Below are positions 50,835 through 60,506 of a DNA stretch of 64,000 nucleotides, one piece after another. The stretch comes from an uncultured Flavobacterium sp. (GTDB lineage Bacteria; Bacteroidota; Bacteroidia; Flavobacteriales; Flavobacteriaceae): positions 97,854 to 161,853 of the forward strand of contig CALTVC010000008.1 in assembly GCA_943912855.1 (NCBI GenBank), written 5' to 3'. The notes under the pieces were generated by a model. The model was given only the letters and a program-made list of their open reading frames with translations, had not been told where the DNA came from and did no database searches. The translations under genes and the position numbers were made by a program. How positions within the stretch are numbered: the stretch's first letter is position 1; each line of letters starts with the position of its first letter.

Positions 50835-52448
50835 ATGAAACTTACAACTTTTAATAACATAATGGCAGGTGTCCGTACTACAGGGGTTGTCCTTGCAACA
50901 GGATTATTTTTGGTATCCTGTACTAAAGATGACGCTTCTACTACGGCAACACCCACACCCACACCTACACCTGAAACATTTAAAGGCCCTACTTATGCTG
51001 ATAACTATACGCCAATAGGCGGGTGGGAAAACAGGCTTCAGTGGAACCTTGCTAACGTACATGACCCAAGCGTAATTAAGGATGGTGAATATTTTTATAT
51101 GTACCAGACTGATGCATCGTATGGTAACGCTTCGTTTGGGCACGGGCATTTTCATGCACGTCGCTCACGCGATCTTGTAACCTGGGAGTATATAGGTTCT
51201 ACCATGGACAATCCGCCTGCATGGGTTAAGGAAACCATGAACACAAAGAGGGCAGCAATGGGGCTTCCTGCCATAGATAACCCTAAATATGGCTATTGGG
51301 CACCTTGTATAAGAAAAGTAGGCAATAAGTTCCGTATGTATTACAGTATTGTGGTAGATGAACTTATAACCGGCACAGATCCTAATACTTCATGGGGTGA
51401 GCGTCCTTACATTGGATTTATGGAAACCAGCAGTCTTGCCTCTAATCAGTGGGAAGATAAAGGTATGGTTATTTGCAGTGAGCCCGATGGCGTTGTAGAT
51501 TATATAAGAGATGGCGCTAACGACTGGAAAGGATACTACAAGTTTAATGGAATTGACCCAAGTGTAATCATTACACCGCAGGGCGAACATTGGCTTATTT
51601 ATGGTTCTTGGCATACCGGTATAGCTGCGGTACAGCTTAACCCTGAAACAGGTAAACCATACCAGCTGAATAACATTAACGACTACGGTACCCGTATTGC
51701 AGGCCGTGGAAACATAGCTACTAACAGGTGGCAGGCGCTGGAAGGTGCAGAGATTATTTATAACGAAAGTACTGGGTATTACTACCTGTTTATGGCGTAT
51801 GACGAGCTTTCGGTAGCTTACAATACACGTGTGGCAAGATCAACCAACATTTTAGGACCATACTATGGTATTGATGGGCGTAACGTATCTGAAGGTGCAG
51901 AGTGCTGGCCTATGCTTACACACCCGTACAAATTTAACAACCATACCGGCTGGGTGGGTATATCGCACTGTAGCGTGTTCCAGGATCCGGATAAGAACAA
52001 CAAGTGGTACTTCTCATCTCAGGGAAGGCTTCCTGAAAATGTACCGGGCATAAACGTGTCTAACGCCGTAATGATGGGGCAGGTACGCGAGCTTGAATGG
52101 ACTGCAGATGGCTGGCCTGTTGTAGCACCTGAGCGTTATGCAGGTGTTCCGGATAAGGAATTTACTGCTACTGATTTTGTGGGGTACTACGAACTCCTTA
52201 ATATGAACTATGCCTACAGGGTGCAGCAAACATCGTCTGAACTGGTTATTAAGGCAGACGGAACCGTGAGCGGAGCGCTTACAGGTACCTGGAGGTATGA
52301 TAGTGCTACAAAGTCTATTTACATAAACAACATGCAGTGCAAAGTATTTAATGCCTGGGATTGGGAAGCTTCTCCCCGTAAAGTTACCACTACATTTTCA
52401 GGACTTACACCAGAGGGTAAACCACTTTGGGGTAAGAAGAAGTTTTAA
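50835..52448 (+). CDS. GH43 endo-arabinanase, lipoprotein
   Basis: Lipobox 'LVSC', TP linker, 'VHDPS', 'WAP', 'IDPS', 'YGSWHTGI', 'EGAEI'. Confidence 0.88.
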   Translation: MKLTTFNNIMAGVRTTGVVLATGLFLVSCTKDDASTTATPTPTPTPETFKGPTYADNYTPIGGWENRLQWNLANVHDPSVIKDGEYFYMYQTDASYGNASFGHGHFHARRSRDLVTWEYIGSTMDNPPAWVKETMNTKRAAMGLPAIDNPKYGYWAPCIRKVGNKFRMYYSIVVDELITGTDPNTSWGERPYIGFMETSSLASNQWEDKGMVICSEPDGVVDYIRDGANDWKGYYKFNGIDPSVIITPQGEHWLIYGSWHTGIAAVQLNPETGKPYQLNNINDYGTRIAGRGNIATNRWQALEGAEIIYNESTGYYYLFMAYDELSVAYNTRVARSTNILGPYYGIDGRNVSEGAECWPMLTHPYKFNNHTGWVGISHCSVFQDPDKNNKWYFSSQGRLPENVPGINVSNAVMMGQVRELEWTADGWPVVAPERYAGVPDKEFTATDFVGYYELLNMNYAYRVQQTSSELVIKADGTVSGALTGTWRYDSATKSIYINNMQCKVFNAWDWEASPRKVTTTFSGLTPEGKPLWGKKKF

Positions 52449-52475
52449 TACAGAGTATAGTTAACAAACACAATT

Positions 52476-53441
52476 ATGAAGAAAGTTGCATTGGTTTGTA
52501 TGGCGGTTGTTTCATCGTTTGGTTGCTTTGCCCAGAAGAAGGCGGCTTCCAAAGAAGCACAGCTGAACAACCCGATTATAAAAGATAAATACCTGGGCGA
52601 CCCCGCAGCCCTTGTATATAAAGACTCCGTTTACCTGTACGCAGGGCATGACGAAGCGCCAAATGATTTTAATTTTTATAAAATGAACGAATGGCTGGTG
52701 TATTCATCAGCCGATATGAAGCACTGGAAAGAGCACAAAGCACCGCTAAAGGCTACAGATTTTAGTTGGGCAAGCGGTGATGCCTGGGCTTCGCAGGTTA
52801 TAGAACGCGATGGCAAGTTTTACTGGTACTCTTGTGTAGAGCATAAAACCGTAAAAGGAAAAGCCATAGGCGTAGCAGTAAGCGATTCTCCGCTTGGGCC
52901 GTTTAAAGATGCCCTTGGGCACGCGCTTATTACCAATGATATGACTACCCAAACGTCTATTACCTGGGACGACATAGACCCAACGGTGTACATAGACGAT
53001 AAAGGTCAGGCGTATTTATATTGGGGCAATACTGTGTGCCACTACGTAAAGCTTAAAAAGAACATGACCGAAATGGATGGCGACATAAAAACGGTAGACC
53101 TTCCGCATTTTACCGAAGCCCCATGGATTCATAAAAACAAAGGCTGGTACTACCTGTCGTATGCGTATGAGTTTCCTGAAAAGATAGCGTATGCAATGAG
53201 CAAAAGCCTTGAAGGTCCCTGGGAATACAAAGGCATACTGAATGAACTTGCCGGTAACAGCAATACAAACCACCAGAGTATTATTGAGTTTAAAGGCCAG
53301 TGGTATTTCATTTACCATAACGGTGCCATACAGCCACACGGTGGGAGTTTCCGTCGTTCGGTATGTATAGATAAGCTGTACTATAACCCCGATGGTACCC
53401 TGAAGCGTGTTATCATGACATCGGAAGGTATCCAAAAATAA
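52476..53441 (+). CDS. GH43 glycoside hydrolase (arabinofuranosidase/xylosidase type)
   Basis: 'DPAALV', 'AWASQV', 'IDPTV', 'FTEAPW', 'TNHQSI'. Confidence 0.9.
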   Translation: MKKVALVCMAVVSSFGCFAQKKAASKEAQLNNPIIKDKYLGDPAALVYKDSVYLYAGHDEAPNDFNFYKMNEWLVYSSADMKHWKEHKAPLKATDFSWASGDAWASQVIERDGKFYWYSCVEHKTVKGKAIGVAVSDSPLGPFKDALGHALITNDMTTQTSITWDDIDPTVYIDDKGQAYLYWGNTVCHYVKLKKNMTEMDGDIKTVDLPHFTEAPWIHKNKGWYYLSYAYEFPEKIAYAMSKSLEGPWEYKGILNELAGNSNTNHQSIIEFKGQWYFIYHNGAIQPHGGSFRRSVCIDKLYYNPDGTLKRVIMTSEGIQK

Positions 53442-53447
53442 TTACCC

Positions 53448-54455
53448 ATGAAAAATCACTTTACACATATCTGGGTTAGTTTAGTTTTGTTCTTCGTTTG
53501 TGGCGGTGTTTTTTCGCAGAAAGCACTGCCCACGGGCGAAACAATAGTACACGACCCTGTAATGATAAAACAGGACAAGACCTATTATCTGTTCTGTACC
53601 GGTCATGGCATATCGGTATACTCTTCGCCAGACATGAAAAACTGGACGGCTGAGAAACCCGTTTTTGCCGAACAGCCTCAATGGGCTACCACGGTTGCTC
53701 CTGATTTTAAAGGACACATCTGGGCTCCCGATGTAAGCTACCACAACGGGCAGTACTACTTGTACTACTCGGTATCGTCTTTTGCCAAAAATACATCGGC
53801 AATAGGGGTGGCTACAAATAAAACATTAAACCCTAAAGACAAGGACTTTAAATGGATAGACCACGGCATTGTAATAGAATCGGTGCCTAACCGTGACCTG
53901 TGGAATGCCATAGACCCAAACCTTGTTTTTGATGAAAACAATACGGCATGGCTTACCTTTGGTTCGTTTTGGAACGGGCTAAAAATGGTAAAACTGAATG
54001 CCGACCTTGTTTCGATAGCCAAACAGCCTGAAGAATGGTACACCGTGGCACGTCGTGAACGCAGTTTTAAACTGGACGACAAAGACCCGGGAGATGCTGC
54101 GCTTGAGGCTCCATTTGTGTTTAAGAAAGACGGTTATTACTACCTGTTCCTGTCTTGGGATTACTGCTGCCGTGGTGAAAACAGTACCTACAAAGTTGTG
54201 GTAGGCCGTAGCAAAACGGTAACCGGCCCTTATGTAGATGCTACGGGTAAGGAGCTTTTTCAGGGTGGAGGAACCCTGGTCATAGAAGGCAACAAAAACT
54301 GGGCAGGGGTAGGGCATAACAGTACCTATATGTTTGACGGTAAGGATTACCTTATTTTCCATGGGTATGACAATGCCAAAAAAGGCGCGCCGAAACTCAT
54401 CATTAAAGAGATGAAGTGGAATAACGGATGGCCTGTGGTAGAGCCCATGAAATAA
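53448..54455 (+). CDS. GH43 arabinan 1,5-alpha-L-arabinosidase
   Basis: 'VHDPVM', 'WAPDV', 'NAIDPN', 'GSFWNG', 'EAPF', 'CCRG'. Confidence 0.92.
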   Translation: MKNHFTHIWVSLVLFFVCGGVFSQKALPTGETIVHDPVMIKQDKTYYLFCTGHGISVYSSPDMKNWTAEKPVFAEQPQWATTVAPDFKGHIWAPDVSYHNGQYYLYYSVSSFAKNTSAIGVATNKTLNPKDKDFKWIDHGIVIESVPNRDLWNAIDPNLVFDENNTAWLTFGSFWNGLKMVKLNADLVSIAKQPEEWYTVARRERSFKLDDKDPGDAALEAPFVFKKDGYYYLFLSWDYCCRGENSTYKVVVGRSKTVTGPYVDATGKELFQGGGTLVIEGNKNWAGVGHNSTYMFDGKDYLIFHGYDNAKKGAPKLIIKEMKWNNGWPVVEPMK

Positions 54456-54485
54456 TTTTTAATTGAAAGAACAAACTGAATTATA

Positions 54486-56465
54486 ATGAAAAATCAATTT
54501 TTGAAAAACGCTGCGTACTCGGCTATCGCCCTGGGCAGCCTGGTTGCAACCGCGCAGCAAAACAAGTATGTACTGGATACCAAAGATACAGGCGTAAAGA
54601 TTCAGCCTACCATGTACGGTATCTTCTTTGAAGACATTAACCTTGGTGCTGATGGAGGTCTGTATGCCGAATTGGTAAAAAACCGTTCGTTTGAGTTTGA
54701 CACGCCGCTTATGGGTTGGTCACAGCCAAACAGTAGCAAGCATTCACTGAATAAGAATTCGGGTTATGCTAATATCATTGAGTCTAAAAAAGAAGGAAAC
54801 AGGAACTTTGCCAGCATAGAGGTAAACAATGACAAGAACTATGTGCTTACAAACGAAGGTTTCCGTGGCATAGGTATTAAGGAAGGCGATGCGTACAATT
54901 TATCTGTAATGGCTGCGAACCAAAGCGGAAACATCAGCAAAATTACCTTCCAGTTTATAGATGAGCAGGACAATGTGGTTGCTGAAACTACTGTAAGCCC
55001 AGCCGGTAAGGAGTGGAAAAAATACACAGCCCAGATGAAGGCAAACAAAACCGTAGCCAAAGGTAAACTGAAAATTACCTTTACAGGAACGGGTGTCATC
55101 AATATGGACATGATTTCTATATTCCCGCAGGATACCTGGAAAAACAGGCCGGGCGGACTTCGTAAGGATTTGGTACAAAAACTATACGACCTTAACCCAG
55201 GCTTCCTTCGTTTCCCTGGTGGTTGTATCGTAGAAGGCCGTACGCTGGAACAACGCTACCAGTGGAAAAAGAGTGTAGGTAAGGTGGAAGACCGAGAAAC
55301 GCTTATCAACCGTTGGAACGTAGAGTTCGGGCACAAGCAAACCCCGGATTATTTCCAGACGTTTGGTCTTGGTTTCTTTGAGTATTTCCAACTATCAGAA
55401 GACATAGGGGCAGAGCCGGTGCCTATCTTGAGCTGTGGTATTGCCTGTCAGTACAACACAGGAGAACTTGTACCAATGGACCAACTAGATCCTTACATCC
55501 AGGATGCATTAGACCTTATCGAGTTTGCCAATGGTTCTGTAAGCACCAAGTGGGGTAAACTACGTAGCGATATGGGGCATCCGCAACCGTTTAACCTTAA
55601 AATGATAGGTGTAGGAAACGAGCAGTGGGGACCTGATTACATAGCGCGTTACAAAGTGTTTGACAAAGCCATCCGTGCTAAATATCCAAACATTAAAATC
55701 GTATCGGGTAGTGGACCATCGCCAGATGGTGAGCACTTTGAATACGGATGGGATGAGCTGAAAAAACTTAAGGCTGACATCGTAGACGAACACTACTACA
55801 ACAGCCCTGAGTGGTTTAAGAAAAATGCTACCCGTTATGACAAATACGACCGTAAAGGTCCTAAAGTATTTGCCGGTGAGTATGCTGTGCAGACTAAAGA
55901 CATAGCCAGTGCCGAAAACAAAAACAACTGGAATGCCGCGCTTTCTGAAGCCGCTTTCATGACTGGCCTTGAGCGTAATGCCGATGTGGTTTACATGACC
56001 AGCTATGCGCCGCTTTTTGCTCATGCCGATGGCTGGCAGTGGACTCCGGACCTTATCTGGTTCAATAACCTGCAAAGCTACGCTACACCAAACTACTACG
56101 TACAACAACTTTATGGTAACAATGCGGGTACAAACCTGCTTTCGCTTACTGCCGATGGTAAAGCTGTAACAGGCCAAAACGGTATGTATGCATCTGCGGT
56201 GCTTGACAAAGCAAGCAACGAGGTAATCGTGAAGCTGGTAAATACATCAGACAAAGCACAGACCTACAAGCTGGATATTAAAGGCAAGAAGTTTGTTGCT
56301 GAGGGTAAGATGACTGTGCTTAAAAACGATAACCTTGGTGCAGAGAACGATTTTACTAAAGAAACCGTTGCCCCTAAAGAGAGCAAATTTAAAACAGGCA
56401 AAAGCAAAATAGAAGCCGAAATCCCTGCGTATTCGTTTGTGGTATTACGAGTGAAAATTTCGTAA
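54486..56465 (+). CDS. GH51 alpha-L-arabinofuranosidase with N-terminal CBM-like domain
   Basis: 'GIFFEDIN.GADGGLYAELVKNRSFE', 'RFPGGCIVEG', 'GNEQWG', 'DEHYY', 'FAGEYA'. Confidence 0.95.
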   Translation: MKNQFLKNAAYSAIALGSLVATAQQNKYVLDTKDTGVKIQPTMYGIFFEDINLGADGGLYAELVKNRSFEFDTPLMGWSQPNSSKHSLNKNSGYANIIESKKEGNRNFASIEVNNDKNYVLTNEGFRGIGIKEGDAYNLSVMAANQSGNISKITFQFIDEQDNVVAETTVSPAGKEWKKYTAQMKANKTVAKGKLKITFTGTGVINMDMISIFPQDTWKNRPGGLRKDLVQKLYDLNPGFLRFPGGCIVEGRTLEQRYQWKKSVGKVEDRETLINRWNVEFGHKQTPDYFQTFGLGFFEYFQLSEDIGAEPVPILSCGIACQYNTGELVPMDQLDPYIQDALDLIEFANGSVSTKWGKLRSDMGHPQPFNLKMIGVGNEQWGPDYIARYKVFDKAIRAKYPNIKIVSGSGPSPDGEHFEYGWDELKKLKADIVDEHYYNSPEWFKKNATRYDKYDRKGPKVFAGEYAVQTKDIASAENKNNWNAALSEAAFMTGLERNADVVYMTSYAPLFAHADGWQWTPDLIWFNNLQSYATPNYYVQQLYGNNAGTNLLSLTADGKAVTGQNGMYASAVLDKASNEVIVKLVNTSDKAQTYKLDIKGKKFVAEGKMTVLKNDNLGAENDFTKETVAPKESKFKTGKSKIEAEIPAYSFVVLRVKIS

Positions 56466-56472
56466 AAAATAT

Positions 56473-56514
56473 AAGTGTAAAAAATACATTTATTAAAATA
56501 GAATACTATATTTG
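56473..56514 (+). promoter_or_regulatory. araB promoter with second AraR-like operator
   Basis: Identical 25-mer at 56473-56497; TATATTTG at 56507-56514. Confidence 0.75.
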
Positions 56515-56546
56515 TAAACAAAAATAAAACACACAATTATAGGGAC

Positions 56547-58235
56547 ATGAAAAAGTACGTAATAGGACTTGATTACGGTACTGACTCGGTAAGGGCGGTA
56601 CTTATAGATACAGAAAACGGAGCGGAACTGGCATCAGAAGTGCATTGGTACGCCCGTTGGAAAAAAGGGTTATACTGCGACGCACCTTCAAACAGGTTTC
56701 GTCAGCACCCTTTAGACCACATAGAAGGTCTTGAAAAAACTATAAAATCAGTTGTGGCTACCAGCGAGGTAAACCCTGAGAGCGTTGTAGGTATTTGTAT
56801 AGATACTACCGGTTCATCTCCAATTCCTGTAACGCAGGATGGTACACCACTGGCTTTGGTTCCGGGCTTTGAAGAAAACCCGAATGCCATGATGATTCTT
56901 TGGAAAGACCACACGTCTATTAAAGAAGCAGGAGAAATCAACGCGCTTGCGGCTTCATGGGGTGGTGAGGACTTTACAAAATACGAAGGTGGTATTTACT
57001 CATCTGAGTGGTTCTGGGCAAAAATCCTTCATATCGTTCGTGAGGACGAAGCGGTTAAAAATGCTGCACATACCTGGATGGAGCATTGCGATCTTATGAC
57101 GTACCTGCTTGCCGACCAAAAAGACCTTAAAACCTTTAAGCGCAGCCGTTGCGCCGCCGGCCATAAAGCCATGTGGCATGAAAGCTGGAACGGGCTTCCG
57201 CCGGAAGAATTCCTTTCGCAACTGCACCCGTACCTTGCCGCGCTAAGGGGTAACCTATATGATGAAACGTATACCAGCGACCTTGTAGCCGGTAACCTTA
57301 GTGCCGAATGGGCTGAAAAGCTTGGCCTTACTACCAAAACAGTTATCGCTGTAGGTACTTTTGACGCGCATTCTGGTGCGGTAGGAGCTAAAGTAGACGA
57401 AAACGTATTGGTTCGCATTATGGGTACTTCTACTTGCGACATCATGATTGCCCAGGACAGTGCTATTGGTACCAATACCGTAAAAGGTATCTGCGGACAG
57501 GTAAACGGTTCGGTTATACCGGGACTTATAGGTCTTGAAGCGGGTCAGAGCGCTTTTGGCGACGTGCTGGCTTGGTTTAAGAACGTGCTTTCTTGGCCAA
57601 TAGACAATCTTGTACTTACTTCAGACATCCTTACTGATGAGCAAAAAACTAAACTTGCCGAGGAAGTGGATGCTAACTTTATACGTACGCTAACCAAGCA
57701 GGCAGAGGCTATTCCATTGCACGAAGCGGTTCCTGTAGCCCTTGACTGGGTTAACGGTCGCCGTACTCCTGATGCTAACCAGGAGCTTAAAGCTGCCATG
57801 ACAGGGCTGTCGCTTGGTACAAAGGCACCACACATTTTCAAGGCGCTTGTAAACGCGATTTGCTTCGGTTCTAAAATGATCGTAGACCGTTTTGAATCAG
57901 AAGGCGTTAAAATTACTTCGGTAATCGGTATTGGTGGTGTGGCACGTAAGTCGCCATTCATCATGCAAACGCTTGCCAATGTGCTAAACATGCCTATTAA
58001 AGTTGCCGAAAGCGACCAGGCACCTGCACTTGGTGCTGCTATCTATGCTGCCGTAGCCGGTGGTGTGTATGGCGATGTGATTGAAGCCAGCAAAAAAATG
58101 GGTTCTGATTTTGAGGCGGAGTATTTCCCTCAGACAGATCAGGTAGAAAAATACGAGCTGTTTATGCAGCAGTATGCCGAGCTGGGTAACTTTGTAGAGA
58201 ACGTAATCAAAAAGAAAGAGCATGTCCATATATAA
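56547..58235 (+). CDS. araB: L-ribulokinase
   Basis: 'IGLDYGTDSVRA', 'WKDH', 'YSSEWFWAK', 'CAAGHKAMW', 'DWVNGRRTP'. Confidence 0.95.
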   Translation: MKKYVIGLDYGTDSVRAVLIDTENGAELASEVHWYARWKKGLYCDAPSNRFRQHPLDHIEGLEKTIKSVVATSEVNPESVVGICIDTTGSSPIPVTQDGTPLALVPGFEENPNAMMILWKDHTSIKEAGEINALAASWGGEDFTKYEGGIYSSEWFWAKILHIVREDEAVKNAAHTWMEHCDLMTYLLADQKDLKTFKRSRCAAGHKAMWHESWNGLPPEEFLSQLHPYLAALRGNLYDETYTSDLVAGNLSAEWAEKLGLTTKTVIAVGTFDAHSGAVGAKVDENVLVRIMGTSTCDIMIAQDSAIGTNTVKGICGQVNGSVIPGLIGLEAGQSAFGDVLAWFKNVLSWPIDNLVLTSDILTDEQKTKLAEEVDANFIRTLTKQAEAIPLHEAVPVALDWVNGRRTPDANQELKAAMTGLSLGTKAPHIFKALVNAICFGSKMIVDRFESEGVKITSVIGIGGVARKSPFIMQTLANVLNMPIKVAESDQAPALGAAIYAAVAGGVYGDVIEASKKMGSDFEAEYFPQTDQVEKYELFMQQYAELGNFVENVIKKKEHVHI

Positions 58236-58920
58236 AGACCTGAAACAGGAGTGTTACGAAGCCAATATGCAGCTTGATGCGCTGAAACTGGTTATATATA
58301 CTTTTGGTAACGTAAGCGCGGTAGACCGTGAGCGTGGCGTTTTTGCCATAAAGCCAAGCGGTGTACCTTACGAAATCCTGAAGCCGGAAGATATTGTAAT
58401 TGTTGATTTTGACAATAACATCATCGAAGGCAGCATGAGGCCGTCGTCTGATACCAAAACGCATGCCTACCTGTATAAGCACTGGGAACACATAGGCGGT
58501 ATTGCTCATACTCATGCTACGTATTCTGTAGCATGGGCACAGGCACAGCGCGATATCCCTGTGTTTGGTACTACGCATGCCGACCACCTTACAGCAGACA
58601 TACCTTGTGCCGCTCCTATGGCAGACCACCTGATTCAGGGGAACTACGAGCACAACACGGGTATCCAGATTCTGGACTGCTTTAAGGAAAAAGGCCTTTC
58701 TTATGAGGAGGTAGAAATGGTACTGCTGGGCAACCACGGTCCGTTTACCTGGGGTAAGAATGCCGCCAAGGCGGTATACAACAGCAAGGTGCTTGAAGCA
58801 GTAGCCGAAATGGCTTACCTTACATTGCAGATAAATCCTGCGGCGCCACGCCTTAAGGATTCGCTGATACAAAAACACTACGACCGTAAGCATGGTAAAG
58901 ATGCTTACTACGGGCAGTAG
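58222..58920 (+). CDS. araD: L-ribulose-5-phosphate 4-epimerase
   Basis: 'TFGNVS', 'IKPSGVPY', 'PSSDT.TH', 'HTH', 'GTTHAD', 'HGPFTWG'. Confidence 0.95.
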   Translation: MSIYKDLKQECYEANMQLDALKLVIYTFGNVSAVDRERGVFAIKPSGVPYEILKPEDIVIVDFDNNIIEGSMRPSSDTKTHAYLYKHWEHIGGIAHTHATYSVAWAQAQRDIPVFGTTHADHLTADIPCAAPMADHLIQGNYEHNTGIQILDCFKEKGLSYEEVEMVLLGNHGPFTWGKNAAKAVYNSKVLEAVAEMAYLTLQINPAAPRLKDSLIQKHYDRKHGKDAYYGQ

Positions 58921-59029
58921 TTACAATTATTTTACCGATATTGTCCCTACAAGTCTGCCTGCGCAATGCTTCATGCTTAGCCGGGCAATATTGGTAATTT
59001 AATGCTATAACACAAACCAAAACTTTATC

Positions 59030-60202
59030 ATGAAAAACGTGAAAATAGCCTTGTGCTCGCTAATGGCCACCTCATTGCTTTTTAGCTGCAAGGAAGAAAA
59101 AAAAGAAGAACCAATGACCGAACAAACCGCTCCTGCTGCAACCAAGGCAGGTATCGAAAAGTCTGATTATGCCACTACAGCCGAAGGGGTAAAAATTGAA
59201 AAATACACCCTTACCAATGCTAACGGCATGAAGATGGAAGTAATCACCATGGGTGGTGACATCGTTTCGCTTACCGCTCCAGATAAGGATGGTAAGTTTG
59301 AAGATGTGGTACTAGGTTACACTTCACCTGATTTGTACCTTACGTCTAACCCGTACTTTTTTGGAGCTATCATTGGCCGTTACGGTAACCGTATAGCGCA
59401 CGGTAAATTTAGCCTTGATGGCAAAGAATACCAGCTTCCGCTAAACGACGGACAAAACTCGCTGCACGGCGGTAAAGGCTTTGACAAAAGGGTATGGACT
59501 GCCGAGCCTGTAGAGGGCGATGCACCTTCTCTAAAACTAAGCTACACTGCTAAAGACGGTGAGGAAGGTTATCCGGGCAACCTGAAGGTAACCGTTACGT
59601 ACGTGCTTACTAACGAAAATGCCCTTGAAATTAAATACGAGGCTGAAACCGATAAGAAAACTGTGGTTAACCTTACGCAGCACAGCTACTTTAACCTGAG
59701 CGGTAACTACAAGACCATCCTTGACCATGAGCTTGAAATTAAGGCAGATAAATTCCTTCCGGTAGATAAAACGCTTATTCCTACAGGCGAGCTTAAAGCA
59801 GTTGCGGGTACACCGTTTGACTTTACTACGGCTAAGGAAATTGGCAAGGACATTAATGCTAAAGACGACCAGCTTGAAAAAGGCGGCGGCTTTGACCACT
59901 GCTGGGTATTTACAGACAGCAGCAAAAAGGTTAAGGAAGTGGCAAGCGTATACCACAAAGCATCAGGTCGTTATATGGAAGTATTTACCGATGAGCCTGC
60001 AGTGCAGTTCTACAGCGGTAACTTCATAGACGGTACCAAGCCAAGCAAGGCAGGCGGCAACTACGAAAAACGTAGTGGTCTTTGCCTTGAAACACAGCAC
60101 TACCCGGATTCGCCTAACCAGCCGAAATTCCCTACTACAGTGCTAAACCCGGGAGAGAAATACAGCTCTACCACCATTTACAAATTTTCTGCTAAGAAAT
60201 AA
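59030..60202 (+). CDS. galM: Aldose 1-epimerase (mutarotase) with lipoprotein signal
   Basis: 'GRYGNRI', 'LHGG', 'NLTQHSYFNL', 'LETQHYPDSPN'; lipobox 'LFSC'. Confidence 0.93.
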   Translation: MKNVKIALCSLMATSLLFSCKEEKKEEPMTEQTAPAATKAGIEKSDYATTAEGVKIEKYTLTNANGMKMEVITMGGDIVSLTAPDKDGKFEDVVLGYTSPDLYLTSNPYFFGAIIGRYGNRIAHGKFSLDGKEYQLPLNDGQNSLHGGKGFDKRVWTAEPVEGDAPSLKLSYTAKDGEEGYPGNLKVTVTYVLTNENALEIKYEAETDKKTVVNLTQHSYFNLSGNYKTILDHELEIKADKFLPVDKTLIPTGELKAVAGTPFDFTTAKEIGKDINAKDDQLEKGGGFDHCWVFTDSSKKVKEVASVYHKASGRYMEVFTDEPAVQFYSGNFIDGTKPSKAGGNYEKRSGLCLETQHYPDSPNQPKFPTTVLNPGEKYSSTTIYKFSAKK

Positions 60203-60265
60203 CAGCATTAAAAATAGTTTGTTAGGTTAGTTACAATAAGTTTGGGTTACTTATTTGCTAATGGT

Positions 60266-60297
60266 AAACCGGTTCCTGGCAGGGAACCGGTTTTTTT
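60266..60297 (+). terminator. Terminator of the ara operon
   Basis: AAACCGGTTCC-loop-GGAACCGGTTTTTTT. Confidence 0.85.
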
Positions 60298-60333
60298 GTC
60301 TTTTTTTGACACGAATTCCACAAATTTTTATTT

Positions 60334-60435
60334 CCACCCCGGCTTTCAGCCACCCTCCGAAGGAGGGGAATGCCACGCTGCTGTTCCGTTACTACAATTC
60401 CCCTCCTTCGGAGGGGTGCCCGCAGGGCGGGGTGG
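60334..60435. repeat. GC-rich REPIN-like paired palindromic element
   Basis: CCACCCCG...CACCCTCCGAAGGAGGGGAAT, spacer, ATTCCCCTCCTTCGGAGGGGTG...CGGGGTGG. Confidence 0.8.
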
Positions 60436-60506
60436 GATTTTTTCCTGACACGAATTACACGAATTATCGCGAAATGATTAGTTTTGATAATTAACCAATC
60501 TGGCAT

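Noticed and set aside
60242..60506. Three short overlapping ORFs
   Set aside because: They run through a terminator and GC-rich palindromic repeats; these are chance open frames.
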